Below are positions 12,271 to 53,200 of a stretch of 64,000 nucleotides of DNA, piece after piece. Each line of letters begins with the position of its first letter. Position 1 is the stretch's first letter. The notes below the pieces were generated by a model. The model did not search any database and was not told where the DNA came from. It saw nothing but the letters and a program-made list of their open reading frames with translations. This DNA is from Magallana gigas (taxonomy: Eukaryota), in assembly GCF_963853765.1 (NCBI RefSeq), contig NC_088858.1, positions 37,572,001 through 37,636,000 on the forward strand, read 5' to 3'. The translations under genes and the position numbers were made by a program.

Positions 12271-14823
12271 ACACATTAAATAAGAGAGAATTTATAATTT
12301 TAAAATTTTGATCGCATGTAATTGGTTGTGTCCCTTTATTGTAGTTTAAAAACTATTGCCATGAAGGTTTTGTTTTGTTTGCTTGGGTTTTTTAATTATT
12401 AACAAGTATATTTGCATGTAAACATGTATTCTACACAATCATTTCTTAATTGCCATATATAATTGTATTTGTTTCATGAAAAACACATTATGCTTTGTTT
12501 TGTAATATAAACACCATATTATAAATGATTGTACTACCGGTGTGCGTTTCTCTCTCTCTCTCTCTCTCTTTTGCTGCCTTTCCAATTGGTCTATCTGCTT
12601 CCTAGTCTTGTGGCCGACTGGCATGCTCACACTCTCACTTTCCTACCAATTAAATTACCGGTACTGCTATGACACAGTGTGGATATGTTAATAAAGCAAC
12701 ACAAAATCGGTAATACATGTATAATCTTCAGAAATCCAGACTTTGTAATGTATATACTGGTACATCATGTTTCCATCCAAATTGGATAATGTTTTAACAG
12801 CAAAATGGTATTGTATGTTATATGCATTTAATGTGTGTTTATTATAATTATTTATCAAATTATTTTCATCAATATGTATACATGTATTAAACAATTACTA
12901 GCATCAAAACATAGGTAGCTCTGATGGTTAGTCTCATGCATACTTCTCAACTCCATTTATTTCAATTACCGGTACAACCATGAATTTTTACTAATTAAAA
13001 TGCAATGTTGTTAAACTTTCAAATTAGCATTAGCTATAGATTATATGGTAGATTTTTTTCTCTTGTATTTGAATTTGATTCAAACATAATAGCCCCCATA
13101 TTGTTATAGAGAAGTATATTTTAACTGTGAATGGTTTGCAAGTCCAGTACATGTCCATATATTTACACACAGTGTGATTTTTGTATCGACTAGTAGCCTA
13201 TAATTTATGTACATACATGATAGTAAACACAAATTGTATCATTTGTGTGTTACTACAGAAAAGTTTTGTAATGTAATCTTTTCATTGAGTTTTATGTATA
13301 TGAATATGGAATAGTTTTGAAGCTGATTTCATTTTATAAAAAATCTTTATATGGTTCGATATGCTTTTAAATGCCTTGGTTTGGTAATTTTGAAACCATG
13401 TATTGTTACATTCGTTGTAGAAGGTCCTTTCGAGATATCAGCACAGGGAGCAAAAATCTTCCTAAAGGTTTAATTATAATTTTTCCTCATTCATTGTCAT
13501 AGCTCCATGGTAGAGCAATTAAATTTTGTTTTTTTTGTCTTTTTTTTCACAGTAAAAGTGCATCTGAATCATTTTGCTTTTATTTAGTATTTATTTAAAA
13601 AAAAAGAAATTGAAATGAAAAACGCTGGTTGTTGTTGATGATGGCAGCAAAATCCTGCTGTGATGACAAGTAGTGGAATGCCCAATGTGTTTTTCTTACC
13701 CCTGTTTGTGGTGTTTGTTTTGTAGGTCAAGGTGGCCATGATACAGAAATTGTAAAGCACTAATTGTTTTGTTATTACTGGTAATTAAATCGTATATTGC
13801 TCAAACAATTTGTCTTGTTTCTTTATATATACTAGTATGTGTCCAAATATTGCCAGCAGCAATTTGTCAGTTTATGTATGATCAAGAAATGCTTGCAATT
13901 TTACAGCTTGCGTTGGGAAACCCCCAGAAGATTTGCTTTTTTTTTTTTTACCTGGCACTAAATAATTGCATTTTTGCTGTAAAATGACAATTATTTGTCA
14001 ATAAACATTTAGATTAAGACATAATTACATGTTTAAATCCTTTAAATTTTATTACTTCTGTAAAAATCCTATTTTTTTTTAATGCCTTAATTTATGATTA
14101 GTTTTTGATTAGCAACAAAGAAGGATGCAAATTTATGAAACAGATTTCTGATGTCTGTCCAGAATGTAGGTAAAACTACCCAATGAGCATACATGATTTT
14201 TAAGCGATACATTTTCTGAATCATTGGATGATCAATTCGTTTAGTCTTTCTTGTACTTATCATATTGTGGATTTCATATAATGCTTTACTGTTCCAAAAA
14301 AACTTCTTTTAAAACAATTTGAAGCACATGAAATAACCTTTGACCATATTGTATGAGAGTTTGCGTATAGTTTTGGTAGAGCACTTTCTTACAATTACTG
14401 CTTACATGTGACCTTAGATTTATCAGCACAGAATGGAGATGAACAAATTTTACAATGGTTAGAAACATATAACAAAGTAATGTTGACAGAGGATTTATTT
14501 CATTTGTCACCTGCTTACAATTACAACAGGTGTAAATTTTTCAATGTATCATAAAAACTTAATAATTTGGTCCTTAAAGATAGCAATAGCAAAAAACGCT
14601 TACTGTGGAATTTCTTAAAGGTTTCGTTTTTAAAATATGTATATTCATCTGATTTCTCATAAATACTGTGAACATAAATACACCATTGTTTTTGTTAGAC
14701 ATATACATGAATAATGCATATAACACAGGGCCATCTTAAATAATACAGATGTAGTTATTAATGTGATTGACATAGCACTGAGGTAATAACAGAAAAAAAA
14801 AATAACTGTTGCAGAAGGATAAT

Positions 14824-14972
14824 AGATCACATTGCTCACCTGAACAACAATGACCAAAACAGGTAAGTACAAACAAGGAGCCCATGGGCCACATTGCTCA
14901 CATTAACAATATAATGACCAAAATAAATAGGTTCAACAGTCCCATGGGCCACATTGCTCACCTGAACAACAA
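14824..14972 (-). repeat. Three reiterated copies of the 3' terminus of the Pearl/Helitron-N-like family
   Basis: CACATTGCTCACCTGAACAAC/CCCATGGGCCACATTGCTCAC occurs 3 times at about 60-bp spacing. It is the reverse complement of the 6440-6473 terminus. Confidence 0.6.
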
Positions 14973-16160
14973 TGCCCTAAGCTTAGGCCTAACCACTTTG
15001 ACTAAGCCTAGATCACTAATACCAAAAAAGCACTATTTCATAAACATAAACTTTGATTCTAAATTATTATTTTCTAAAATATTTTTTTTTCTTTATGATC
15101 TACATTTATTTTTATATTTCAAAATTTTTACCATCTTCTGTGTCCTTTTTAAGCCCAAAGGAGGCAGACATTAACTCTGAGGTTGAAAAGAATTAAAAAC
15201 CAAAATTTGAAAAAGATTTGCCAGAACTAACCTGTACATGCATGCAGTTAGATGACATACAAACTTTGACCAGAAGAGTTCAAGGGCTAAAAACAAATCA
15301 AGACTGTAACATACAAATCCAGGTGGATAAAATGCATTCTCAAAGACAGGGGAAAAAATCTGCAGAATAACTTATCAGCAAATATCAACACAAATGAATA
15401 CCAATATAAGACATTGTGAAAAATGTGGATCCAAACTCTTGAAAAAAATTACTCAAATCTAAAATTCAGGCATATTACTGAGTACTCAAGGCAATCAAAG
15501 GAAGAATATACAGTTTTACATATATTAATATAGATTTAGAAGTGATAGCTACCAAAATTTGTAATATCTAATCAATGGGTAAGACATGTACATGTATTTG
15601 TACTACATGTATTTGAAAATAAATTCTCTAACAAAACCAAAAACAAAACCAAAAATAAAAATACCCTCTTAAACCAGTAACAAAATAAGCATGTATTGTA
15701 CATTTACACTGGTGTTTGGCCAATTCTTGACAGTTACCTGATTTTTAAGGCATATTGTTCAATCATACACATCTAAATACAAGTTACAATGATATAAGAA
15801 ACATAAAGTCGGTACATTGAGACACTGACAAAGACAATTGCATTGAAAATTGCAGAGCATGTTGGATAATTGGATATGATTGTATGAATAAACTCACAGT
15901 GGGCTGTAAGCTGGTATTTACAGTACGATAAAATGGCACAATAAAAGGATAAATATAACACACACACATAGCACTGCAAACAATAATCAAATAATAATAA
16001 GTTGTGCATACAATAAAGAAACTTCTCTTTCTCTTTAGATTTGACTGGTTTGAAGTTTTGAGAGTTCTACCTGGTTTTCCACTGGGATTTTGACTTGTTA
16101 TCACAGAATAATCATTTTAAAATATATATCACAGTCACATTTTCCTCAAAGATCCAATAT

Positions 16161-42629
<26,469 letters not shown>

Positions 42630-43332
42630 TTTCGTTTTCAACTATTTTTTAGTAACTCGCACTTGGAATTCAATATTTAACCTGTACGTAAAATGTGTCG
42701 TATAAACGAAAGGCGGAAAAATGAATGAACCGAATTGCATCAGGGAAATGACAGAAAGTTCATCATGTATAAAGACATGTCAAAAAGAAAAATCAAGGAG
42801 ATTTTTGTTAAAGTTCTTTAGTCCGTAAATTATATCTTCTTCTTTTTTTTTTTAATTCATGTATGTAACGTTATTTATACTGAAAAAAAGTTCAAAAAGC
42901 AAAACAACAAAATCGAATATAATTCCTAAAATGATTAATGCAATTTTAATTCATTTCAAAGCAAAATCCTTAAAATTACATAATCTAAACCATGCGAAAA
43001 AAAATCATCACATGCATGCAAAAGGATCTGGGATGAGTATCAGTTAAACTACATGTATTTACAAAAACAATATTTAACGCACTTAAATTAATGACAGCTA
43101 GGTGCACTTTCGACCTTCTCATGAATTGATTTTCGTGTAGCATATTTTTTTCAAAATAAAGTTAACTGATACGGTGGTACATTTAGGACATACATATAGG
43201 TACATGTATATACAATTTATTAGGTACACTGTATATAGATTTTTTTTCAGATAATCTTAAATGTAATTAAACTTTTGTATAGTCAATAAATTATATGTCA
43301 CGCACAAGATTATAAGTCAAGTGCATGAGATA

Positions 43333-43693
43333 TACAGTACCGATCAGACCCAACCTAACACCAAAGTAAACCCCAACTAAACCCCGGGTTTACTTTTGGG
43401 GTTTACTTTTTGAAAATTTGGGTCCACTCGGGGTTTACTTTGAAATTCCTTTTGAAGTCAACTGCATGCACTGAAGCGTGAAGCAGACTAGTATTTTATC
43501 TTACCATCCTCCTGCCCGTAATTCCTACACTTTGTATATTCCGAATACACAGTTAGCGTCTGCTTTCAGGGGTATACTTCTGACTGCTTTACTCTCTGTG
43601 TCCACTCTAGTAAACCCGAAGTAAACCCATAAAGTAAACCCAGGGTTTAGTTGGGGTTTACTTTCTGTTAGGTTGGGTCTGATCGGTAATGTA
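43333..43693. mobile_element. MITE with ~55-bp TIR and subterminal AGTAAACCC repeats
   Basis: TACCGATCAGACCCAACCTAACA / TGTTAGGTTGGGTCTGATCGGTA, with multiple GTAAACCC/GGGTTTAC units. Confidence 0.8.
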
Positions 43694-44556
43694 TCATGTC
43701 GAGCGCACAAGATAATAATCCGTGATTCGAGATAATTTTTTGCCCCCACCCCCCCCCCCCCCCCAAAAAAAAATTCTCACTGTATATGGATACATATGAT
43801 TTTCACTTTTTAATAAAACAATTTAAAGGCTTTTTTTTAAAACTGTCTGATTTATGCAACTCCCCTGCATGATAAAATATTGATACATTGCACAAGAGAA
43901 TAGAATGGTAATCAATAAAGGCACGTCCATTTATTTTTGATTGCATAGATTTGCATGCCCTTTTATAATACCAATTGACCCCAAATTGACCCAACAAGGG
44001 AAATAACTTTTTTGTCACTGAAAATTCATCTATTGGAAGAAATAGACACTATATATGTTCAATAGCTAATGCATGGATATTTGAAATAAATGATCAATGT
44101 TCAAAATGTATTTTAATGTAAGAATTAAAGAAGAAGAGTAAAAACTGCTAGTGTATTAAAAACTGTATTATCAAATCAAAATAACAATACAGATAAAAAA
44201 AAACATATCTCGAAGTCTTTATAATAAAACAGATTTTGTAAATAGCTGCATTGGTATACTAAGATCTTTTTTCTTGTCCTCTCAGATTTGTCATTTGCTT
44301 CCTTTCAGACCTTACAGAGTCTAGCTGCTGAACACATTTTTATGCAACCGAACATGTTTTGTTCATCCACGAAAAGCTTCAAGCTACAAAGAAAATTGAA
44401 AATACATTATATATCATTATATTAAATAAATTATTGTATAAAACAGAGAAATAATGCTATTCCAAAATTAAAATCAATAAGAAACTTAAGAAATTATGAT
44501 AATTTCTTATCCATGCTGCAATCAAAATTTCATTCTCAAAGCTAGCAAATAATTAA

Positions 44557-44771
44557 TACCAGTGTCATATACATGTAATATTTTGAACCCCACGATATAT
44601 TGAACCTGCATGGGTTCAAAATATTGCTGCGATAAATTGAACCCCCCCCCCCCTCTCATGTTATTGAACCCATCCCAGGTTCAATATATTATGGCCGTGA
44701 TGTATTGAACTCCCCTCCTATTTTCTATTTCCACAGGAAAAGGGGGTTCAAAATATTATATGACACCAGTA
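44557..44771. mobile_element. MITE with repeated TTGAACCC motifs
   Basis: TACCAGTGTCATA..AATATTTTGAACCCC / GGGGTTCAAAATATTATATGACACCAGTA. Confidence 0.6.
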
Positions 44772-44877
44772 TGTACAGTTGACCTTCAATAGCTTGAAAG
44801 TTGATATGGCAAATATCAAGTTTAAGCAAGTTTAAAGCCAACACAAATTACACAATCCAATCATTGCAATATCTCAA

Positions 44878-46445
44878 ATCAAAGTACTGAAGAACTGGCG
44901 GGAGTTGATTTTGTCGATGTTTATTTATTTTAAAATCAATAATCTGTTATTTTGCATGACAAGTACATGTTTACGTATTTCTAATTTGAATTACGCATAT
45001 TTTTATAATATGAATTTTTGAACTTTTTCGACTAGAATGTCGAGAAACCTCCATATGAATCATGTTAAATAATATTTAAAGATAAAATTAATTCAATCAA
45101 ACTATGTATCAGTGGTAGAAATATTTCTCGAAAATTGTATGGATCCAAGCAATATTGAACTCTAGTCTCGTTCAACCAATTGCAAACGCTCGGCTGACAC
45201 CGTAAATCTCCGACAAGGGTTTACGGAGATAGCCGAGCGTCGAGTTGAACGAGACTATATTGAACTCTGGCGTAGGAATACATACGACTACAAAAAATAT
45301 TTAAATTGTTCGTCCCATTCAAAATCTGACTATTTTTAAGGTATGGCCAAAAAAAAAAATTATTCCTGTTTCCTGTCGCCCGACCGACCCTATCTTTTAC
45401 CCTCCGACCCTAAAAGTTTTTTTGTGATCATGGTGGTGATCGGTAACGTTAATTTCGCCAGAATTTCCTCAGAAAGAGAAGTGAAGATGACCAAGTCTTC
45501 TGAGTTCATAATCGTGTAAATTAACCTCACTTGCGAAAAAATGATAGAAAATTAACCTACAGACATTTTTACTGCATAAATATACCTTGTGGTGAATAAC
45601 TTGCGACTATCTTACCTTCAGGGGTTATAAATACGGGTGATGCAACAAACATACTGTATATTGGAAATTACAAAAACAATGTTTATTACTTAAAATCCTG
45701 ATTTTACAGTTAGTCAATAACCTGTTATTAGTTAATAACTGCAATAAATGTTAAAATTATCATAAAACTGCTTTCTATATTATCTTGAGAATTAAACAGA
45801 TCCTCTACATAACGTACGGTAGTAAGTGGGTCAAAGGGTTGGACTAATACCCCAAATACTCAGAAGTACAGAGAGTGATTTAATTAATCATGTTGATATT
45901 GACATTAAGCTAATACAATACAAAAATATTTATCCAGAAAAGGATAAATTCATTCATACACGTAGATTAAATTTTGCAAATAATATTAGTTTTTATTTTT
46001 AATTAAAAAATTAATCTATTTTTTTTTCTTTGCCTGTTGTTTTCTATACATTACATGCATCAACAATACAAAGACCTTTGAAACTTTTAAATCATCTATT
46101 TACATACTGAACACTGGGAATATGCATCTCTCTCATTATTACACACATGCTCCAAGTTTTTAAAAATAAAATATTTTTTAAAAATAAAATTTGTTTCCTA
46201 CCTACCTACCCTAATTTTTTTGGTCAAGTGACAGGAAACAGGAATAATTTTTTTTTTGGCCTATTTGTAAATAAGTTTCCTTGAAAAACAATGCTTAAGC
46301 ATACATTACATCGAATTCATCAATTATTTTCAAGAACTAAGTCTTGTCAGGAGCAATGATTTGTGCTGAGGTCCAAACACCGTTTCACTTTCGGTTTGTC
46401 CGCGTGACTGCATAGGAGAGTTGATTTAAAATCAACTCCCAAAAA
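44878..46445 (+). mobile_element. Same Helentron/HINE-like family, copy 3, interrupted by a 917-bp MITE
   Basis: Same termini as copy 1. Hairpin at 45163-45257 and insertion at 45345-46261. Confidence 0.75.
45345..46261. mobile_element. PIF/Harbinger-like MITE
   Basis: ~40-bp TIR GGCC(A)nTTATTCCTGTTTCCTGTC. A 3-bp TSD TAT lies at 45342-45344 and 46262-46264, and comparison with the empty site in copy 2 supports it. No ORF. Confidence 0.8.
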
Positions 46446-46600
46446 AGATATTGGTCTCTTTGAGTTTGAGATAAATGTATTTGAATTTTTTTTATATTTT
46501 TGAGTCTAACACTCTTTCTTTGGTAGATTAGAATTGCATTAATAACCCAATTCTAGAATGCAATCAGATTGAATTCTATCTTCAGTAGTTCTTCTGTGTG

Positions 46601-48431
46601 TTACATACCTTTCAAGTCTTCAGGACAATCTGGTTGTTTAAATGGGCTTGCTTTCTGGAATTCTTCCAGTTTTTCTAACTCATCATTTATCTTAGAAATC
46701 AGTGGGAATGGACTCATATCGACCTTGAACCTGTGTATAGAATGTACGGAACCACTGAATCTGCTACTAAGATATTCTGTACTGTAGCATAAACATGTAC
46801 AAGACAAGCAGAATATTTAAACATGGAAAGAAGAAAATTAAGCTTGTTTTATCTAAAATTTTATACACTATTTATATTTGTGAACCATCGAGTATGTTTC
46901 TCTGATATTGCACAAACACTTTTATAAGCAGAATACAAGAATATACAAGTTTACACTGAGAGAGAGAGAGAGAGAGAGAGGCTGAGTAGGAGGGATTAAA
47001 TTCCTATACAATATATTAACATTTACCTTTTGGCATTCCCAACTTGCGGCACAAGACACATATCAGCCATGGTAACAGTATCTCCCACACAATATTGACC
47101 TGAACATTTTTCAAGCAATTTTTCAAGAGCTGTAAGAAAAGAATATAAATTTACCACACATTCTCTCTTAATAAAAAATGAGAAATAAGTTTTGTGAAAG
47201 TTAAATGGTCTTGATATTAATGACTTTTCCTGAAGAAGAAATTCTCACCTATAAACCCCTTGTTTATCCAGAACTTAGCCCATTCTGCTTTCTCCTCTTC
47301 ATTGGACAATTTTTGAACCTTCTGGAGGACAACCAAGTTCTGAATGGGCTGGATTCCAGATGCTATAATTTCACAAATTTCCCTTACCTTAGAAGAAAGA
47401 ACCAAAAACACATAATTAATATATTCCAATTACAGCATATACCACTGGTATTCTGGGGTTTTTTGTTTTGTTTTTTTTAAATGTGTCACAGGTATACCAT
47501 TGAATATAATTAATATTTAGTAAATCTATTTATTACTCATTCATTCATCCATACATTTAATTATTAACTTATTCATGGTTTACTTATCTTTGACTGGTAT
47601 TTAAGTTCTGTCATGTGATTGTGTTATTTTGGGTTGTGATTCACCATATATGGTAATAGCTACAATATGTCTATCTTTGGAATTGGTAAAACAGGTTTTT
47701 ATGGGTGTGTATGGTCAGTGTGCGAGTGTGAGCAATAGCACTTATTTCGTTTGCTATCAGACAGCGACAGTTTTATGACTTTTCTGTTTAAATAAATGGA
47801 GACTGTCATTAGTTTCATCTTGATACGTTTAAGTTCTACTGAAGGCAAATTTGGTGAGAAAAACTTTCTTTAATTGTTTCTATCTTTAAAGTTAAATTTC
47901 TAAATATTATAAAAATGTATGTGTCAATTGTATGAATGTTTTCATTTCAGGTCACCTTCTCATCGGTATCATTGTCATTCATCATAATAAAGTAAAGTAC
48001 ATTGGAAAACTGAACCCTGCATCCTTTTATTTATTTTGTACAAGGAGTAACCACCCCGTGACACATGTATTCACCTTAGCTCTTTGGAGAGAATCCTTGG
48101 GCAATATTGCAGGAGATGGGTACCTTTCTTCCAGATATTCCATGATTGGTATCTATAAATATGAAAGTCATTAAACTTTGGCTTTTAAAGCATATATGTG
48201 TATATTTAGAGAATAAAATGCTTTTAGGGGTGATTCTTAAAGATGAGATGGAAGCTAGAATTGCAGAAAAATTAAAAAACTTAAATTCATCAGCAAGGTG
48301 TAAATTTTTCTGCAACGCTAAATGCCTGCTTTCTTTATAGCTCATATATTATAAACCAACAAAGAAAGCATTTAATTTTTCAAAATAACATCAATCTATC
48401 TCCAACTTCAACTATTCTCTCTCTCAAAATT

Positions 48432-48491
<60 letters not shown>

Positions 48492-49888
48492 CTTACAGAC
48501 TGAGTGAGAGTGGCACCATCAACAACAAAGGCAGGTACCATCTGCATTGGGTTCACTGCTGTGTACTCCTCTTTTCTCTAGCATAAAAAATTAATTCATG
48601 GACTTGTAAATAAAACCTACTAGCTTTCTATGTGAATTATGAAACCTATCAATTATTAACTAAGTAATACACAACAACTTCTGTATAGTACATATTATAT
48701 CAATTAAATTTACAGTGCATCTCATCTACTGACATTTACAATACAGTTGGATTTACATGCAAACAACCAAAACAGGTAGATACAATTATACCTCTGCATC
48801 TTTAGAATCTTAATACATTGTACTGGTAAATGTTAAATGTGCACAGTACTGGTACAAGCATGGATTAACATGAATTTATGAATTGCACATTCTTGTAAAA
48901 ATGACTTTTATAATGTACCAGGTACATGTATATGGGATCTGATTCCTGTGCTCAGTCAAAAATATGTGCATGTACAAGTGGAAATAGAGGATAAAATTTG
49001 AGAATACACCAGAAATGATTGAAACCATATTCCATGTACCGGTATTCAATTCAGAAATTGCAGATAATTAGTTAAAGTATATATATTACTTAATGACAGT
49101 AAAATTGAATTTTTTCTAGCAATCTTATGTGGTATGAAATTTCATAGTGAAGAACTCATTAATAAACAAAATTTTCACTGCTCATATTTATTTACCTGTA
49201 CCTTTATTTTGCATTTCTTACCTGCATCCCTCCGTCTTTTATCAAATTAACTGCCTTATACTCATATTCAATACCTTTGATATTGAGAGCTGAAAAAAAA
49301 TTGGCAAGTTGAAATAGAAATAAAAACCCCACTATTTACATGTATTTACTTTGACTTTATTACAAATGTTGGCACAAAAAAATTGCAATTACTTGTTCTG
49401 AATATTTTTCAATTCATCTACTGATTCCCAATTAAACATTATTTGATATTTAAACAAAACGTCAATGCTCACGTTTTTAATAAAAAAAAAAGTTATCGGA
49501 ATCTACAGTTTTTACATAGCCTCCATCAAAATGAAACTAAAATTCAGTTAATTTTTTCATGTTTATTGACATTAAAGAATATCTCACCAATTCTCACTCT
49601 CCATGAGCAAGAGCTTCTAAAGTAGGAATACAAAACTGGCTGAGAAAAAGAAAACTGATTTATTAAACTACTTTCAGTATTACTAACCAGAAAAACCGGT
49701 AATATTATGTTCCTGTTTCAATCTAGGCCTATAACATTATTTTTTTTCTGAAAATCATTCAATCAAGAGGAAACACAATTGTGACAATCACTAAATGCTG
49801 TGTTGAAAAGATTGTAGAATTTAATTAAATACTGTTATATCATAAGAACGATTTATAATATTAATTTGATGGAACTTACCTTTGACAT
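46601..49888 (-). CDS. GSTZ1: Glutathione S-transferase zeta / maleylacetoacetate isomerase, 8 exons, 219 aa
   Basis: Exons 49888-49880, 49639-49588, 49289-49222, 48577-48497, 48152-48075, 47387-47249, 47129-47027, 46730-46601 (660 nt). Zeta signature [17 protein letters not shown], then [35 protein letters not shown] and QPDCPEDL. Confidence 0.95.
48435..48487. repeat. (CT)n microsatellite about 10 nt from a GSTZ1 splice donor
   Basis: Pure CT run. A second (GA)n tract lies at about 46957-46980 in another GSTZ1 intron. Confidence 0.95.
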
Positions 49889-50217
49889 GATTTTTCTGAC
49901 AATGTGAAACTAGGCGGGTAGAAATTAAACAACTCGCGCAGAAACTTGTCGTAATAGTAAAAACCATTAAAAAGGTAGAAATGGTTAATATACTAGTATT
50001 AAAGTAGTGTATCATTTATTATTTAAATGTGAAAAAGTATTAAATATGCGAATAACAAACGAATAGACTTTTAAGAACAATGAGACCCTACAGTCACACC
50101 TGTTTTCTGAACAACTTAGCAAACCATTTACACTTCCGGTATAAATAACACGAATTTCCTCCAGGCGTACTTTTCTTTAAAAATCATGTTAGTGATTTTC
50201 GTAATTTAAGGGAATAA
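49889..50217. promoter_or_regulatory. Bidirectional promoter shared by GSTZ1 and POMT2
   Basis: Only 329 bp separate the divergent ATGs. An ETS/GABP-type motif CACTTCCGG lies at 50131-50139. Confidence 0.7.
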
Positions 50218-53200
50218 ATGGCTACCAAAAAGAAATCTCACGGAAAAGGGACAATCGATTCATATAAAGAATTGAAAGAAGATGTTAAAAGCCGAGAGAA
50301 ACGAACGAATGTTGAAGAAAAAGATGATTTGGATCTGAAAAGCAATGCCAAAAGTAACGAAATTGTGAAAGAACTAGTGGCTGACCAATCCACAACTGCT
50401 AGCACAAGAACTTATTACTCAATGTTGATATCAGTCACTTTATTATCATTGATATCAAGGCTTTATAACATCGACAAACCTGCTCATGTTTGGTAAGCAT
50501 TTATAATCATCTGTATTGTAGTGTAGAAATATTTAGAGATGTACTTTTGAATTGGAGGTGTTAAAAACTAGGACTAGTATATTGACTATATTCCACATAG
50601 ACCATTCTAAGTTTAAACAGACATAATTAAGAAGAAAAACAACAGCATGAGTACATACGTAGTACCTGTCAGAGTACCAAAATGTTGTACAGTAAATGAT
50701 AAAGGTTTCAAACTGATAGTTCCCCCTTTTTTTAAAAGTGATTGTGTTGTGATAGATCACTTTGGCATTTTAGGTTATATACTTTTGTCTGGTAAGATTG
50801 ATTTGTAAAAAACTAGTTTCCTTGTGAACCATGTGCCAGGAAATCACAGGAATCCTCTCAATATTCAAATAAATGCATTTAAGTTACATGTACCAAAACC
50901 TATTTCATTTTGAAGAAATGGCCTCAGTCTCTTTTGAAGTTGCTTTTCTGTTATTTAAAAATATTCATATGTACTCGCTACTTTTCAGTTGGGATGAAAC
51001 ACATTTTGGAAAAATGGGCAGTTGGTACATCAAAAGAGAATTTTTCTTTGATGTCCATCCACCTTTGGGCAAGGTAATATGTATGCTTATTTTCATTTTA
51101 CTATCAGACAAGAAAAAGAAAAGATTAGGAAAATAAAGAAATGTTTCTTTCTTGGAGGGATTGATGGATGGGGAAGGTCAATATTGAGAAGAGTTGACGC
51201 AATGTATTGGATTCAATCTCTTGTAGATGCTAATTGGGCTATTTGGAATTCTGACTGGTTATGATGGAGGCTTTGCCTTTGCGAAACCTGGAGATGAATA
51301 TGGTGAAACTCGTTATATTGGAATGAGAGTGGTAAGTTTTTAATACATGTAATTCAAATGATGTTTCCATCCAGATCATCCTTTAAATGATGACTGAACC
51401 TGATGAAGTTTTTCTTTTTTTCTTAAGTCCCTATCTGATCAGCCTTGTTTGAATTATTGTTATTGTTTGTCAAATCTTTAATTTACCTCTATTGTGAGTG
51501 ATTTCAACTGATTTGTTAAATTGGTACATAGATGATTCAGTTTTCAAACTTCCATATATAGATATGGCCTCGAACAATCATCTTCCCAAGTCAAGTGTTT
51601 CTGATCTGCATCTCTCCTCTTGTGTGGAGCAGAGTGGACCTAAAACACTTGGCTAGCAAAGATGCAAACAATGCGCTTTGGGTAAATCCCTTGATTGGAC
51701 CAGGACAATTAGTGTAGTATAGTGTGCTACCAATGTTGCCAATACTTACATTTACTTTCTGTTTTATTTACAGTGTTGTGCTATGATGGGAGCTGCTGTC
51801 GTTCCTTTGGCTTACATGTCAGTCTGGCTGCTCACCAAGTCTCTGATGTCATCACTTTTTGCAGCACTTTTAATTCTGTTAGGTATGGGCCTATACTCTA
51901 CTTGACAATCTTTTTGAACTCTACAATTGAAGTGTTATTAAACCATATTGCCTCAATTCAAATTTTTGAATTTTGCTTTTTTCAGATGTAGGAACATTAA
52001 CCCTTTCTCGACATATTTTGCTGGACCCCATTATGATGTTCTTCATTATGATGTCTACTTATTCTCAGCTGAAGTTTCTCTCGTACCGTGACAGGTCAGC
52101 TTTAAGCTATCATCTTTGTCAATCATGCATTCAGTACCGATACTCTATAATAGCACACATTATTTACATGTATGTGTAGCTATGATTGTATCCTGAAATT
52201 TTTCTCCAACATTTTAAGGAAACTGGACAAGTATTTTCACTAAGATGTTGAATAACTAGTGATTTTATACATTTCTTCATATTTTTTTTTATTTTTACAG
52301 ACCATTTTCTAGTCAGTGGTGGATTTGGTTGGCATTAACAGGGTTATTTCTTGCATCATCCATTGGGTAAGTATTTCTATAATAATACAGTTGTTTTATC
52401 AAACAAGTACATGTACTTCGTTGTAGTACAGTTATGCTTTCTTTAACTGGACAGTCATCATTACTGAAATTTTGTACAAACTAAAAAAAAACAAAAAACA
52501 ATAGTATAAATTTGTACAAAAGCAGAGTGTAAAGATAAATTATATACTCCTTCTTTATTTGCAGGGTGAAATTTGTGGGTCTATTCATCATCTTGTACGT
52601 GGGAATATTAACTGTCAACGACTTGTGGAAAATATTGGGAAATCAAACCATTTCCTTGGTGAGTGTCTTCTTTGTATTTTTAAAGATATACAGTCATATA
52701 TGTCTACAAATTTATGTTAAAACTACATTAAAGTTCCTTTAACATAAATTATTGGGTCCAATTTAAATACACATCTTACGACTGATACTATTTTTTGTTG
52801 CAGGTGGAGGTAGTGAAACATTTTGTGGCTCGAGCACTGTGTCTTATAATTCTTCCAATACTCGTATATATTGCAATATTTGGTGTCCATCTCAGGATTC
52901 TGAATCACAGGTGAGTAGTTTACATGGATGTCCCCATATTAATCGCATAATTAAAAACCCAATTAGTGTACTATAACCTAACCATTATATACATGTACAA
53001 CAGGTATCATACCAGGGTAAGTACAGTGTAATCTTAATTTTGGACACATGTGTGCAGAGTATATGTTATGTATAAAATATCAGCTCTCTAAGTTCTTCCT
53101 TCAAACTCTCTCTCTCTTTAAATTACTAGCTATGACAAATGTATCTCAAAAATGTCCCAAAATACCTCTAGATACAAACTTAAACAGCTATCACTTCATA

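Noticed and set aside
13655-13725. Box C motif TGTGATGA suggesting a C/D snoRNA
   Set aside because: No downstream CTGA D box or terminal stem at a suitable distance.
46603-46609. Donor-like G|GTATGT just before the GSTZ1 stop codon
   Set aside because: No convincing downstream exon, and the unspliced reading already gives a normal-length zeta GST.
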